In this document: positions 8,477 through 17,108 of the stretch, piece by piece
Layout: each line of letters opens with the position of its first letter
Position numbering within the stretch: position 1 is the first letter of the stretch
NCBI GenBank assembly: GCA_043826455.1
Contig: JBDRQD010000058.1
Span: forward strand, 1-29,391
DNA length: 29,391 nt
Direction of reading: 5' to 3'
Source of the DNA: Candidatus Bathyarchaeota archaeon
GTDB taxonomy: Archaea; Thermoproteota; Bathyarchaeia; TCS64
Program-made: the position numbers and the translations under genes
The notes under the pieces: model-generated
Databases searched by the model: none
Told to the model about the DNA's origin: nothing
What the model saw: the letters and a program-made list of their open reading frames with translations, nothing else

Positions 8477-9421
8477 ATGGTCAAATCATTCATCGTTGGC
8501 TCTGACAGCGCCAAGAACTTCCTTCACGTCGGCGCAGATATTCTCAGGAACAGGGGGCGCGCCCTGGACGCCGTTGAGGATACCTGTAAGGCGGTGGAGC
8601 TCAACCCAGACGACCACGGTGTGGGCCTAGGCGGCATACCCAACCTCCTCGGAAAGGTGGCCTTGGATGCCTCAATAATGGATGGGCGCACTCTGGCTGC
8701 GGGGGCCGTGGCCCACGTGGAGGGGTACCTCCACGTCATAAGCCTGGCCCGGAAGGTGATGGAGGAGACGCCTCACGTCCTGTTGGTGGGGCCCGGGGCG
8801 GAGCTTTTTGCGGAGCAGATGGGCCTAAGACGCACCGAGCTCCTGACAGACTACAGCAGGAGGTTCTACGAAGCCTTCAAGGATGGTAATCTGAAGGAGC
8901 TGGGGCCAGAGTACGATGAGGACATCAGCTACCTAAGAGATGATGAGGTCAACTTCGACACAAGGGGATGGTATGAGCGGCTCAGGGACCACATGCTGGG
9001 CACGGTGGACGTGATGGCCCTGGACAGCCACGGGGACATGGCTACAGGGGTCACGACTAGTGGCACCTACTTTAAGCTTCCAGGCAGGGTTGGGGACAGC
9101 CCCATCATCGGGGCCGGCAACTACTGTGACAACAGGTACGGTGCAGCCTGCTGCACCGGCCGCGGAGAGCTGGCCATCAGGAATGGTACGGCCAGGGTCG
9201 TGGTTGCCTACATGAAGACGGGGATGAGCCCCCTTGAGGCCTGCGTGGAGGCCATGAAGGAGGTCCATGAGATGGTGGAACAGGCCAGCCTCAACGTCAT
9301 CGCCTTCAACCCGTTGGGTGAAGTGGCTTCGGCGGCCACCTACAGGCAGCCCCCCTACTACTACAGGGACGTGGACGTGGGGATGACTGAGACAAGGGTA
9401 GGAGTCTGGGTTAAGAAGTAG
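8477..9421 (+). CDS. Ntn-hydrolase: isoaspartyl peptidase / N4-(beta-N-acetylglucosaminyl)-L-asparaginase family
   Basis: LDASIMDG, TPHVLLVG.GA, autocleavage G|TV, TSG...KLPGRVGDSPIIGAGNY, TGRGE. Start reassigned to ATG 8477. Confidence 0.92.
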   Translation: MVKSFIVGSDSAKNFLHVGADILRNRGRALDAVEDTCKAVELNPDDHGVGLGGIPNLLGKVALDASIMDGRTLAAGAVAHVEGYLHVISLARKVMEETPHVLLVGPGAELFAEQMGLRRTELLTDYSRRFYEAFKDGNLKELGPEYDEDISYLRDDEVNFDTRGWYERLRDHMLGTVDVMALDSHGDMATGVTTSGTYFKLPGRVGDSPIIGAGNYCDNRYGAACCTGRGELAIRNGTARVVVAYMKTGMSPLEACVEAMKEVHEMVEQASLNVIAFNPLGEVASAATYRQPPYYYRDVDVGMTETRVGVWVKK

Positions 9422-9560
9422 CTTTGACCAGCATCTTGTCGGGCTCCTTATGGGCCATGAGGTACTCCAGGTAGCACGTGTAGCATATCTCGCCCACGTC
9501 CCTGAGGTAGCCTCTGAAGAACCGTATTGGTTCACTGCACCGCTTACAGTAGTCGACCAT
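9411..9560 (-). CDS. Small putative Zn-finger protein, 49 aa (MVDYCKRCSEPIRFFRGYLRDVGEICYTCYLEYLMAHKEPDKMLVKATS)
   Basis: Translated by hand. CxxC-x17-CxxC, with a GATATAAC TATA-like box about 35-40 nt upstream. Confidence 0.7.
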   Translation of the reverse strand: MVDYCKRCSEPIRFFRGYLRDVGEICYTCYLEYLMAHKEPDKMLVKATS

Positions 9561-9610
9561 TTCTGGAACCCTGATATGTAGCCCCTGTCAATGGTTATAT
9601 CCCTAAGTGG

Positions 9611-9724
9611 GTGCCGCGGCATACACACAGGCCTCAAACACCTATATTCGGCTGTTAAGATAACAGCCTAATCGGCACATCCGGGTCCCTTATCCCGGCG
9701 GGCGCGGGATAAGGCGGAAAAAAA
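9611..9724. other. Intergenic element with several perfect inverted repeats (candidate structured RNA or operator cluster)
   Basis: GGCTGTTA/TAACAGCC (9650-9668), CCTTATCCCG/CGGGATAAGG (9688-9714), GTGCCG/CGGCAC (9611-9616 with 9673-9678), palindrome TGCCGCGGCA (9612-9621). Confidence 0.4.
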
Positions 9725-9963
9725 TTCCATCTTATGCTTCATGCTTTTTCTCGGTGAGGTGATTCCGCGTGTTAATACGTCATTTTCAATTGTCGGGTCT
9801 TGTTGCGGCAGTAGGCTGGGTCTCTATGGTTGGAGGACGCTGTAAGGTGTCTACGTTTATTCACATCGGAGAATGTAACGGATGTCTAGTTTCCCGAAAA
9901 CCTCTATACTGTTCAGATAGAGTTAAAAGTGGGGTTCCCCGTTACGAGGGGCATTGAACCGAT

Positions 9964-11157
9964 TTGGCCTTAATCCAGACCATCCGCAAGGAGAAGCAGA
10001 TACTATACCTCGCCCTGTCCGCGGCTATCCGAGGGTGTAGAGATAATCTGCGTCACGTGATCTGGCAACCCTTCGCCCTGAGCCTGGGCGTCCCCATGGG
10101 TAGCATCGGGGCCCTGGAGAGCCTCATGGACCTGGCCAAGACCGTGGTCCAGCCGGTCTTCGGCGCAGCCTCCGACGTCTACGGCAGGAAAAAGTTCCTG
10201 ATCTTAAGAGAGGCCCTGATACTGGCAGCCGGCGTATGTTTCCTGTTAGCCCGGTCCTGGGAGCTCCTGGCCCTGGGCATGACCCTGATTGGGTTCAGTG
10301 TTGCCCTGTACCCCGTCTACAGTTCCCTGGTGGCCGAGTCAGCTAAGGGCTACGAGATGGGGCTAGTGTACAGCGTGATGGGCAGCTGCTACATGGGGAT
10401 GGGCCTGGTGGGCACCCTCAGCGCGGGGTACCTGGCCGAGACCTACGGCTACTCCACGGTCTTCGTTGTCTCAACTATTTTAGCTGTCTCGGCTCTAGCT
10501 GTGACCGTCTTCCTGATCTCTGAGACCCACACCCGGAGAAAGTCTGGCTTCACCCTCACGGAGGCTTTCGAATCCTTCGTGGACACCTTCAGGCCGCCCA
10601 GGTACCTGTGGGGCTTCTACGCTGCCATGTCGGTGGACTTGTTCGCTTTCAGCCTGGGATGGAGGCTGATAAACGGTATGCTCGTCAAGAGCTTCGGGTA
10701 CAGCCCCTACATGCTTGGCATCCTCAGCTCTCTGAGCTTCGGCGTCCAGGCCGTGTTCCAGGTCGTCCTGGGCCGCTACGTGGACAGGGTTGGCTACGTG
10801 AAGTACCTGGCCGTATCCCAGTCCCTGTCCTGCTGCCTCATTGCATTGATGCTATGGAACCAGAGCTTCGCTGTAGCGCTGGCGGCCAACTTCATAATGG
10901 GCGTAAGCGCGGCCCTGTGGAGCCCAGCGGAGCAGGCGTGGATCGCCAGGAACACGGACCCGGAGGAGCGGGGCAAGTCCATAGGCGGCTACAACACCTT
11001 CAGGGGCCTGGTGGCGCTGCCCGCGCCTATCATCGGGGGCATCATCTACGACAACTTCGGGTTCCACCTGCCTCTACTACTTAACCTGGTCCTAGGGGTG
11101 GTGGATGTTGGTCTGCTGGCGTTCTTGGTGAAGGAGAAGGCTAAGCCTGAGAGCTAG
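9964..11157 (+). CDS. MFS transporter
   Basis: About 12 hydrophobic segments, motif A 'GAASDVYGRKK' and its repeat 'GRYVDRVG', 'PEERGK'. Confidence 0.92.
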   Translation: MALIQTIRKEKQILYLALSAAIRGCRDNLRHVIWQPFALSLGVPMGSIGALESLMDLAKTVVQPVFGAASDVYGRKKFLILREALILAAGVCFLLARSWELLALGMTLIGFSVALYPVYSSLVAESAKGYEMGLVYSVMGSCYMGMGLVGTLSAGYLAETYGYSTVFVVSTILAVSALAVTVFLISETHTRRKSGFTLTEAFESFVDTFRPPRYLWGFYAAMSVDLFAFSLGWRLINGMLVKSFGYSPYMLGILSSLSFGVQAVFQVVLGRYVDRVGYVKYLAVSQSLSCCLIALMLWNQSFAVALAANFIMGVSAALWSPAEQAWIARNTDPEERGKSIGGYNTFRGLVALPAPIIGGIIYDNFGFHLPLLLNLVLGVVDVGLLAFLVKEKAKPES

Positions 11158-11426
11158 TCTATCCTCTTGATCTCCAGGATCACAGGGTTGCAGCCGTCCG
11201 GGCAGGCGTGGGTGGCCACCCTCGTGCCGTTCGCGGCCCTCGAGAAGGCCACGTTACCGCCGTGGGCTACGGCGTATATCTTGGGGAGCGCCGAGTAGAG
11301 GGCGTGGAGACATATCTTGCCTGTGATCTCGTTGGTGTCCCAGTCGAAGACCACCTCGTCGCCCACCTTGTGGCCGGCCCCGCAGTGGCCCTTCTGGCTG
11401 ATGACCGTCGCCTTGACCTTGGTCAT
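11154..11426 (-). CDS. TIGR04076 family protein
   Basis: KGHC.AGHKVGD...ICLHAL...ACPD..NPVILEI signature. Confidence 0.85.
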   Translation of the reverse strand: MTKVKATVISQKGHCGAGHKVGDEVVFDWDTNEITGKICLHALYSALPKIYAVAHGGNVAFSRAANGTRVATHACPDGCNPVILEIKRID

Positions 11427-11503
11427 GGTGCAGCCTTCGGCTGCAGGGCATAAAATGTTGTGGGTCAGCCGAGAACCTTTTTTAATGCTGGTTCCCGATT
11501 AGG

Positions 11504-11974
11504 ATGTTGATTGTTATGAATCTTGAGATAAAGATCAAGGACCTCATGAAGAAAGAGCCTCTGATTGTGGACCCCGACGACCACCTGGCAGCCGTCTCAA
11601 AGAAGATGGCGGCTAAGGGTAAGGACGTGGTCGTGGTCATGAAGGACGGCCTTGTCAAAGGCCTAGTGACGGCCGGAGACATATTCTTCGCCATGAAGAG
11701 CTATGTCCTGGGCAAGAACTTGCTGGAGAGCATCCCCGTGGAGATACGCGACATGCGGGTGGGGGAACTCATGAAGGCGCCCCAAGCCATGGAGTTCATG
11801 GAGGCCTGCGGCCTAACAGGCACCAACATGTGCATTGTGCTGGGTGAGGAGGACACGGTGGCGGACGCCATAAGGGTCATGGCCATCGGCGGAGTGGACC
11901 ACATCCTCATCGTGGGCCAGAAGGGCATCGTGGGTACGCTGAGCGACAACGACCTGCTCAAGGCCTTCAGGTAA
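11504..11974 (+). CDS. CBS domain pair protein
   Basis: IKDLM...P..VDPDD...GLVT..DI and VGELM...EDTVADAI..M...GTLSDNDLL. Confidence 0.88.
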   Translation: MLIVMNLEIKIKDLMKKEPLIVDPDDHLAAVSKKMAAKGKDVVVVMKDGLVKGLVTAGDIFFAMKSYVLGKNLLESIPVEIRDMRVGELMKAPQAMEFMEACGLTGTNMCIVLGEEDTVADAIRVMAIGGVDHILIVGQKGIVGTLSDNDLLKAFR

Positions 11975-11990
11975 AACCCATTGTTTATCG

Positions 11991-12012
11991 ATCCCTCGTC
12001 GGGATTCTTTTT
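11991..12012 (+). terminator. Short hairpin plus T-tract after the CBS gene
   Basis: ATCCC-tcgtc-GGGAT followed by TCTTTTT. Confidence 0.35.
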
Positions 12013-12113
12013 CTAAACCACGGTGAACACGGCTCGCCAATTGAACTGGGGCCTCTAGCTCAGGCCTAAAATGTTTAAGGTTACCTCCTTCTCTAATAGT
12101 TGATTCATGGTGA

Positions 12114-13526
12114 ATGGATTTGACTGACTTCTCTGTGACCCGAGAATGGATCGAGGAAAACGTTCCAAGGTACATGCAGGAGGGCAGGATGCCCGGCTTC
12201 AGCCTAGCAGTGGTTAAGGACTGCGAAACGGTCTACGCTGAGGGCTTCGGCTCCAGGGACCCGGACAAGGGCCTGCCTGCGACGCCTGACACCCTCTACG
12301 GCATCGGCAGCATAACTAAGAGCTTCGTCGCCATCGCGGTGATGCAGCTCGTGGAGCAGGGCAAGCTCGGCGTCGAGGACCCTGTCAGCGACCACATCCC
12401 CTTCAGGCTTGGGCTGCCCGGAAACCCCATAAGAGTACACCACCTGCTGACCCACAGCCTGGGTCTGCCCAGCCTGGCCACCAGCACAGTAGCCCTGTAC
12501 AGGGGCATTGGAGCGGACACGGGTATCCCGTGGGGCGGCGTGGACGACTTCTACAGGCTTGTGAACGGGGCTCAGAGCGAGGTGCTGTTCCCCCCGGGTG
12601 AGCGGTTCTTCTATCATAACGCGGCGTGGAGGATGCTAGGTCATATAGTGCAGGAGAAGTCGGGGATGCCGTTCCACAGGTACGTCAAGGAGAAGGTGAT
12701 GAACCCCCTCGGCATGAGGAGGAGCACCATGAACATCGAGGAGTTCAACGCTGACCCCGACCACATAGTACCCCACTGGAAGAAGCCAGACGGCAGGGTG
12801 GAGCCCAGCAGGTTCCCGTACCCGAACCCGGAGGACAACCCAGAGTTCAGCTTCATCGCCGCAGCAGGGGGCATCGCCAGCAGCGTCAACGAGATGGCCG
12901 AGTACCTGAAGGCGCAGATCGACGGCGGCAGGAGCGGGGGCGGGCCGATGAGCGAGGAAAGTTTCAGGAGAGCCCACACGCTCCACGTGAGACGGCCAGA
13001 CGGATACTACGGGCTGCACGGCTACGGGTACGGCCTGGATGTCACACCCGGCTTCCTGGGCCACAATATGCTGGGGCACGGAGGAAGCATACTGGTCTCC
13101 ACGGCCTACATGGCCTTCATCCCGGACATGGGGGCAGGGGTGGTGATGATGGGTAACAGCGCCAAGCTGCCCTACGAGGAGATAGCGGAGTCCGTGTTCG
13201 CCACCATGATGGGCCGCGAGCCCTCGGAGGTGATACCGTCCATCGTGGTGAAGAACAGGATGAGTGAGCTGGCGGGCAACTATGAGATATACAGGGGCAT
13301 CGAGAAGGTGCGGGTGGTGAGGCGGGGCGGGATGCTGTACCTGGAGCAGAAGGACGAGTTCACGGACGCCCTTGTGCCTCTCATACCGGAGGACCTGACG
13401 CTGGAGTCCACGATGTTCTACGCGTTGACGGACGGAGTTAAGGCGCCTGTAGAGTTCGTGGTTCACGGTGGCGGACGTGTAGATCTTTTCGTGGAGAGGT
13501 ACTGCTACCACAAGAAGAACGTTTAA
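12114..13526 (+). CDS. Serine hydrolase, beta-lactamase/PRP family (Pab87/CubicO-like peptidase with C-terminal oligomerisation domain)
   Basis: SxxK (SITK), LLTHSLG, YxN (YHN), HGG. The C-terminal 'G.YE.YRG...V...GG.LYL...PLIPE...ERY.YHK' resembles the Pab87 octamerisation domain. Confidence 0.9.
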   Translation: MDLTDFSVTREWIEENVPRYMQEGRMPGFSLAVVKDCETVYAEGFGSRDPDKGLPATPDTLYGIGSITKSFVAIAVMQLVEQGKLGVEDPVSDHIPFRLGLPGNPIRVHHLLTHSLGLPSLATSTVALYRGIGADTGIPWGGVDDFYRLVNGAQSEVLFPPGERFFYHNAAWRMLGHIVQEKSGMPFHRYVKEKVMNPLGMRRSTMNIEEFNADPDHIVPHWKKPDGRVEPSRFPYPNPEDNPEFSFIAAAGGIASSVNEMAEYLKAQIDGGRSGGGPMSEESFRRAHTLHVRRPDGYYGLHGYGYGLDVTPGFLGHNMLGHGGSILVSTAYMAFIPDMGAGVVMMGNSAKLPYEEIAESVFATMMGREPSEVIPSIVVKNRMSELAGNYEIYRGIEKVRVVRRGGMLYLEQKDEFTDALVPLIPEDLTLESTMFYALTDGVKAPVEFVVHGGGRVDLFVERYCYHKKNV

Positions 13527-13673
13527 TCAGGGTTCACCCCATTTTTTACACGTTTATGTTAAATTTTTAAGATGTTAACGTTTCGTATCTCAATGTTTAC
13601 AAGTGGTTTATTTTTTGTATATATCCGTTACCTGAATACCTTCATATCTGCCCGGGTGAAGCATCTATTGGCC

Positions 13674-15380
13674 ATGTTGAAGGTTAACAGAGACGTGATC
13701 ATAGTGGCTGCTGTGATCACGTTGATGGTCTCCTCGACGGCGGCGTGGTACTTCAATATCGTAGTGGAGGAGAAGACCACAAAGATCATCACAGTATCCG
13801 ACACGCCCTTCATTGTCCTCCAAAGCAGCTACATTTACGTGGGCAAGAGTGTGGTGGACCTGACTCTTGAGCTTAAGAATGGTGACATCGTGACTCAGAG
13901 CACGGATATCGAGATTCAGGCCCTCAATGCCCTTGGGGAGGTAATATATGATGGTGGAGTCGCTTTGATTCAGTACTCCCAAGCATTGAACATCCCACCA
14001 GGGGGCACCTATCTACAGACCTTCAGGTTCGAGAAGAAGAGCCTGCGGGACGAGCTGAGCGTTTTCCTCATCTTCCTCAGTGGACCCAACAACGTGATGG
14101 GCATATTCACCAGCGGCGGAGGCACATCCATCCCGCCGAACGCGCTGATGGGCTACAGCGGCGGAGGGCTAGGAGGGCCCGCGGTGCCCAAGTACAGGTT
14201 CTACGACGTCTCGTGGAGCGACGAGCACCTTGTGCCAAACACGGCGGACTCGAATGTGAGGATTGTGAGAACTGTGTTTAACCCGGCCTCCGGAAAGACC
14301 GACACGGCGACGATGGTTGTGATGAGCGAACTGGAGACCCTGTACATCTACTCGTACGATGGGTTCAGCTGGAACTTCGCGACCATAGGTAAACCTTGGA
14401 CCACGAGGCCCAACGACGTGGCCAGGCCCTTCGACGTCGAGTACGAGAAGACATCGGGCAGAGCTTTGCTCGTGTACGAGAACAACGGGGTGGACGCCTC
14501 CAAGGACCTCACCTACAGGATCTACGATGGGTCAACCATGATCTATGAGGGGTACATAGATGACCCCGCCGGAAAGAAAGACTACTACTGGGTTAAGCTG
14601 GCCCAAGACCCTACCCCAGGCTCAAATAAGTTGGCCCTGCTGGGGATCACCAGCGACGGGTACGTCAGCTGCTGGATCTGGGACGGCTCAGCCTGGACGA
14701 GTTTCTATAGACTGGCGACCTCGGTCACGAACTTGGACCGCGAGGTAGGGTACCTCGCGTATGAGAAGAGCACGGGCGAGCTGCTCGCAGCTGTGGCGAA
14801 ACAGAAGTCCATCATCAACGCGTGGTATGATGGGTCGTGGCACGCCGGAAGCAGCGTCAGCTTCGGTAGCCAGAACATTTACTGGGTGGTGCTTAAGCCA
14901 GACCCCTCTTCGGATGACATTATGCTGATGGGCCTAGACGCGGGCGCGGACCTTTACACTAACCTGTGGAACGGAGCAAGCTGGGCTTCGTCCAGGCTGA
15001 TGGATAACAGGCTGTACACGACGAGCCAGCGGTGCTTCGACGGGGACTGGATGCCGACAGGGTCCACGTTCCTGTTGGTGGCTGGTGACTACGGGGTCAA
15101 CGCCTTGAGCTACAAGACGTGGGCCTCAGGGCTATGGACTCCTTCTGGTTTAAACTCCTGGAACGTCTACCCTGGGAGCACTAACAACCAGAGGTGGATT
15201 CAGGTTGTCAGCAACCCGAAGAACCAGCACCCCTACATTCTGGTGGGCTCGCTGGACAGGATGAAGAACATCTACGTCACATCGTGGGACGGCTCAGGTT
15301 TCATGGGGCAGAAGGAGGTGACGACCACGGCCTTAACTATGTACGACTCGTTTAGGATAGCCTTCAGCTATACTCCATAG
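13674..15380 (+). CDS. Membrane-anchored/secreted surface protein with beta-rich (propeller-like) repeats
   Basis: N-terminal hydrophobic anchor, ~110-aa beta domain, Gly/Pro linker, repeated [YW][DN]GxxW motifs. Start reassigned to ATG 13674. Confidence 0.7.
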   Translation: MLKVNRDVIIVAAVITLMVSSTAAWYFNIVVEEKTTKIITVSDTPFIVLQSSYIYVGKSVVDLTLELKNGDIVTQSTDIEIQALNALGEVIYDGGVALIQYSQALNIPPGGTYLQTFRFEKKSLRDELSVFLIFLSGPNNVMGIFTSGGGTSIPPNALMGYSGGGLGGPAVPKYRFYDVSWSDEHLVPNTADSNVRIVRTVFNPASGKTDTATMVVMSELETLYIYSYDGFSWNFATIGKPWTTRPNDVARPFDVEYEKTSGRALLVYENNGVDASKDLTYRIYDGSTMIYEGYIDDPAGKKDYYWVKLAQDPTPGSNKLALLGITSDGYVSCWIWDGSAWTSFYRLATSVTNLDREVGYLAYEKSTGELLAAVAKQKSIINAWYDGSWHAGSSVSFGSQNIYWVVLKPDPSSDDIMLMGLDAGADLYTNLWNGASWASSRLMDNRLYTTSQRCFDGDWMPTGSTFLLVAGDYGVNALSYKTWASGLWTPSGLNSWNVYPGSTNNQRWIQVVSNPKNQHPYILVGSLDRMKNIYVTSWDGSGFMGQKEVTTTALTMYDSFRIAFSYTP

Positions 15381-15421
15381 TTATTAACGGCGGCTCCGGA
15401 GAAGATACACGTGATCATGTT

Positions 15422-15817
15422 TTGAATGAATTTGAAAGAGAGATGCTTGAGGAGCTTAAGGCGATACGGGAGGCTGTAACCCCCAAACCATCTGCGCCTG
15501 CGCCGCCGGCCTCTGAGCCTAAGGGCCTCGTGGAGGCGTTCACGGCTTTCCTGAGCAAGTATGGGGTTGTTGGGCTGGCTATTGCCTTCATTATGGGCGG
15601 TGCCACGAGTAAACTGGTCTCGGCTCTGGTGAGTGACATCATCATGCCTTTCATCACCTTCTTTATTCCTGGGGGGGCATGGGAGGAGGCTACTTTTGCG
15701 CTTGGCCCCATTGTGTTGGCTGTGGGTCACTTTGTGGGTGCGGTCATAGACTTTGTGATCATCGCTTTCGTGATCTTCTGGCTCATGAAGATGGTGCAGA
15801 GGACCAGCCTGAAGTAG
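15422..15817 (+). CDS. mscL: Large-conductance mechanosensitive channel (MscL family)
   Basis: F..FL.KYGVVGLAIAFIMGGA...LV..LV.DIIMP (S1+TM1) and G.F..AVIDFVIIAFVIF.L.K (TM2). Confidence 0.9.
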   Translation: MNEFEREMLEELKAIREAVTPKPSAPAPPASEPKGLVEAFTAFLSKYGVVGLAIAFIMGGATSKLVSALVSDIIMPFITFFIPGGAWEEATFALGPIVLAVGHFVGAVIDFVIIAFVIFWLMKMVQRTSLK

Positions 15818-15820
15818 CCC

Positions 15821-15830
15821 TCTTTTTTTG
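15821..15830 (+). terminator. Oligo-T archaeal terminator after mscL
   Basis: TCTTTTTTTG 3 nt after the stop codon. Confidence 0.5.
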
Positions 15831-16102
15831 TATTCGCGGTTGTGTTTGGTGTGGCGGCTTGGCTGGGGGCGTTAAGTAGCTGCGCGTCAGCCACTGGGAA
15901 TTCCTGTTTTTGGGGGGGGAGGGGTTTTGACAGTAGCTGGGTAGAATGTGAATTTTTTGGAGTAGTTTTAATGTTTTTTAGTTAACTGAGGTTAGATGCG
16001 TTGTTACATGGAATTAGTGCTTTTCCGCGGATTTAGGAGGTATCCTTTCTTCTTCGCAGGGGCTTTGCCTGTGGCTGCTACCATACGTGGGACGATGCGC
16101 GG

Positions 16103-17107
16103 CTACCAGCCCGTTGGCTGCCCAACGCGGAGCAGGGTGTATAGCCGGTCCCCGGGGTAGACGAGACGCTGGGGATACATGGTATGGACGACGCCGGGGA
16201 TCGGGCTTGTGACCTCAGCCAGGGTCGAGCCGTCCAGGTCGGTGATCCGGCCTATGGTCTGGCCCACGGCTAGGATATCACCCTGATCAGCGATGGCGTA
16301 GAAGACACCGGCCTTTGGGGCAGAGACCCCCACCCACTCCATGTCCAGGTACCGCTGGTTCACGGGTTTAACGGGTTCGCCGTCCATCACCCCATAGTGC
16401 TTCAGGAGGTTCAAAGTGCCATCCACGTGGCACTGGACATACTTCTCCAGGGGCTGAGTCCTGTACCCCAATCCCGCCTCACTGATGATGCTGGGCACCC
16501 CCGCCCTCACCGCCTCAAATATGAGGGTCCCGGGGCTGGTGTGCCCGATCTCGGGGGTCCCCGGCAGGACGTACTCCAGGCCGAAGACCCGGGCCATCTC
16601 ACCGGTGGTCTCGTCTATGGGCCCGCCCACCCGGAGCTGGATAGTGTGGACCAGGTGGCTCTCTGGGAGGTCTCCCCCTCTGAAGTCCACGTGCATGTCG
16701 CACGTCCTGAGCATGGTGAAGAGGGTGTGGGCGATCCTGTCGGTCAGGCTCCCCTCTGGGTTGCCGGGGAACACGTTGTTGAGGTTCTTGCCGTCGAAGG
16801 GGGTAAGGCCGCTGCTCCGTAGGTTAAACCACCTTGTGCGCCACTGGAAGCTGTACATGTTCACCACGGGCACCGAGATGAATCGACCCTTCAGCTGCTC
16901 CGGCTGAAGCATCCTGTAGAGCCTCGAGGCGGCCTCGACGCCGCAGTACTCCGTGGGGTACAGTCCGCCGGTGACCATGAGGGTGGGGCCGGGCTCGTTG
17001 CCGTTGACGACTCCGAAGGGCATCTTGACGGTGACGGCCAGGTTGTCCTCTATCGTCACGTAGCCGAAGGATTTAGACCCTGGCTTCACATTCAGTGGCT
17101 CAAACAT
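16103..17107 (-). CDS. Succinylglutamate desuccinylase/aspartoacylase (M14 AstE/AspA) family protein with degenerate Zn site
   Basis: GPTL.VTGG..(YPTE), PVVN, NLNNVFPG, DFRGGD, SEAG, and a C-terminal biotinyl-lipoyl-like domain. Confidence 0.85.
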   Translation of the reverse strand: MFEPLNVKPGSKSFGYVTIEDNLAVTVKMPFGVVNGNEPGPTLMVTGGLYPTEYCGVEAASRLYRMLQPEQLKGRFISVPVVNMYSFQWRTRWFNLRSSGLTPFDGKNLNNVFPGNPEGSLTDRIAHTLFTMLRTCDMHVDFRGGDLPESHLVHTIQLRVGGPIDETTGEMARVFGLEYVLPGTPEIGHTSPGTLIFEAVRAGVPSIISEAGLGYRTQPLEKYVQCHVDGTLNLLKHYGVMDGEPVKPVNQRYLDMEWVGVSAPKAGVFYAIADQGDILAVGQTIGRITDLDGSTLAEVTSPIPGVVHTMYPQRLVYPGDRLYTLLRVGQPTGW

Positions 17108-17108
17108 C

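Noticed and set aside
8933..9637. 234-aa minus-strand ORF
   Set aside because: Mostly antisense to the asparaginase. The credible gene here is the 49-aa Zn-finger ORF in another frame.
9769..9957. 62-aa ORF with 4 Cys preceded by a strong SD-like GAGGTGA
   Set aside because: Codon usage is unlike the genome, it runs through the likely MFS promoter, and no family is recognised. It cannot be supported, though it is not excluded.
12114..13526. Beta-lactam resistance gene
   Set aside because: The architecture matches archaeal Pab87-type self-compartmentalising peptidases rather than a true beta-lactamase.
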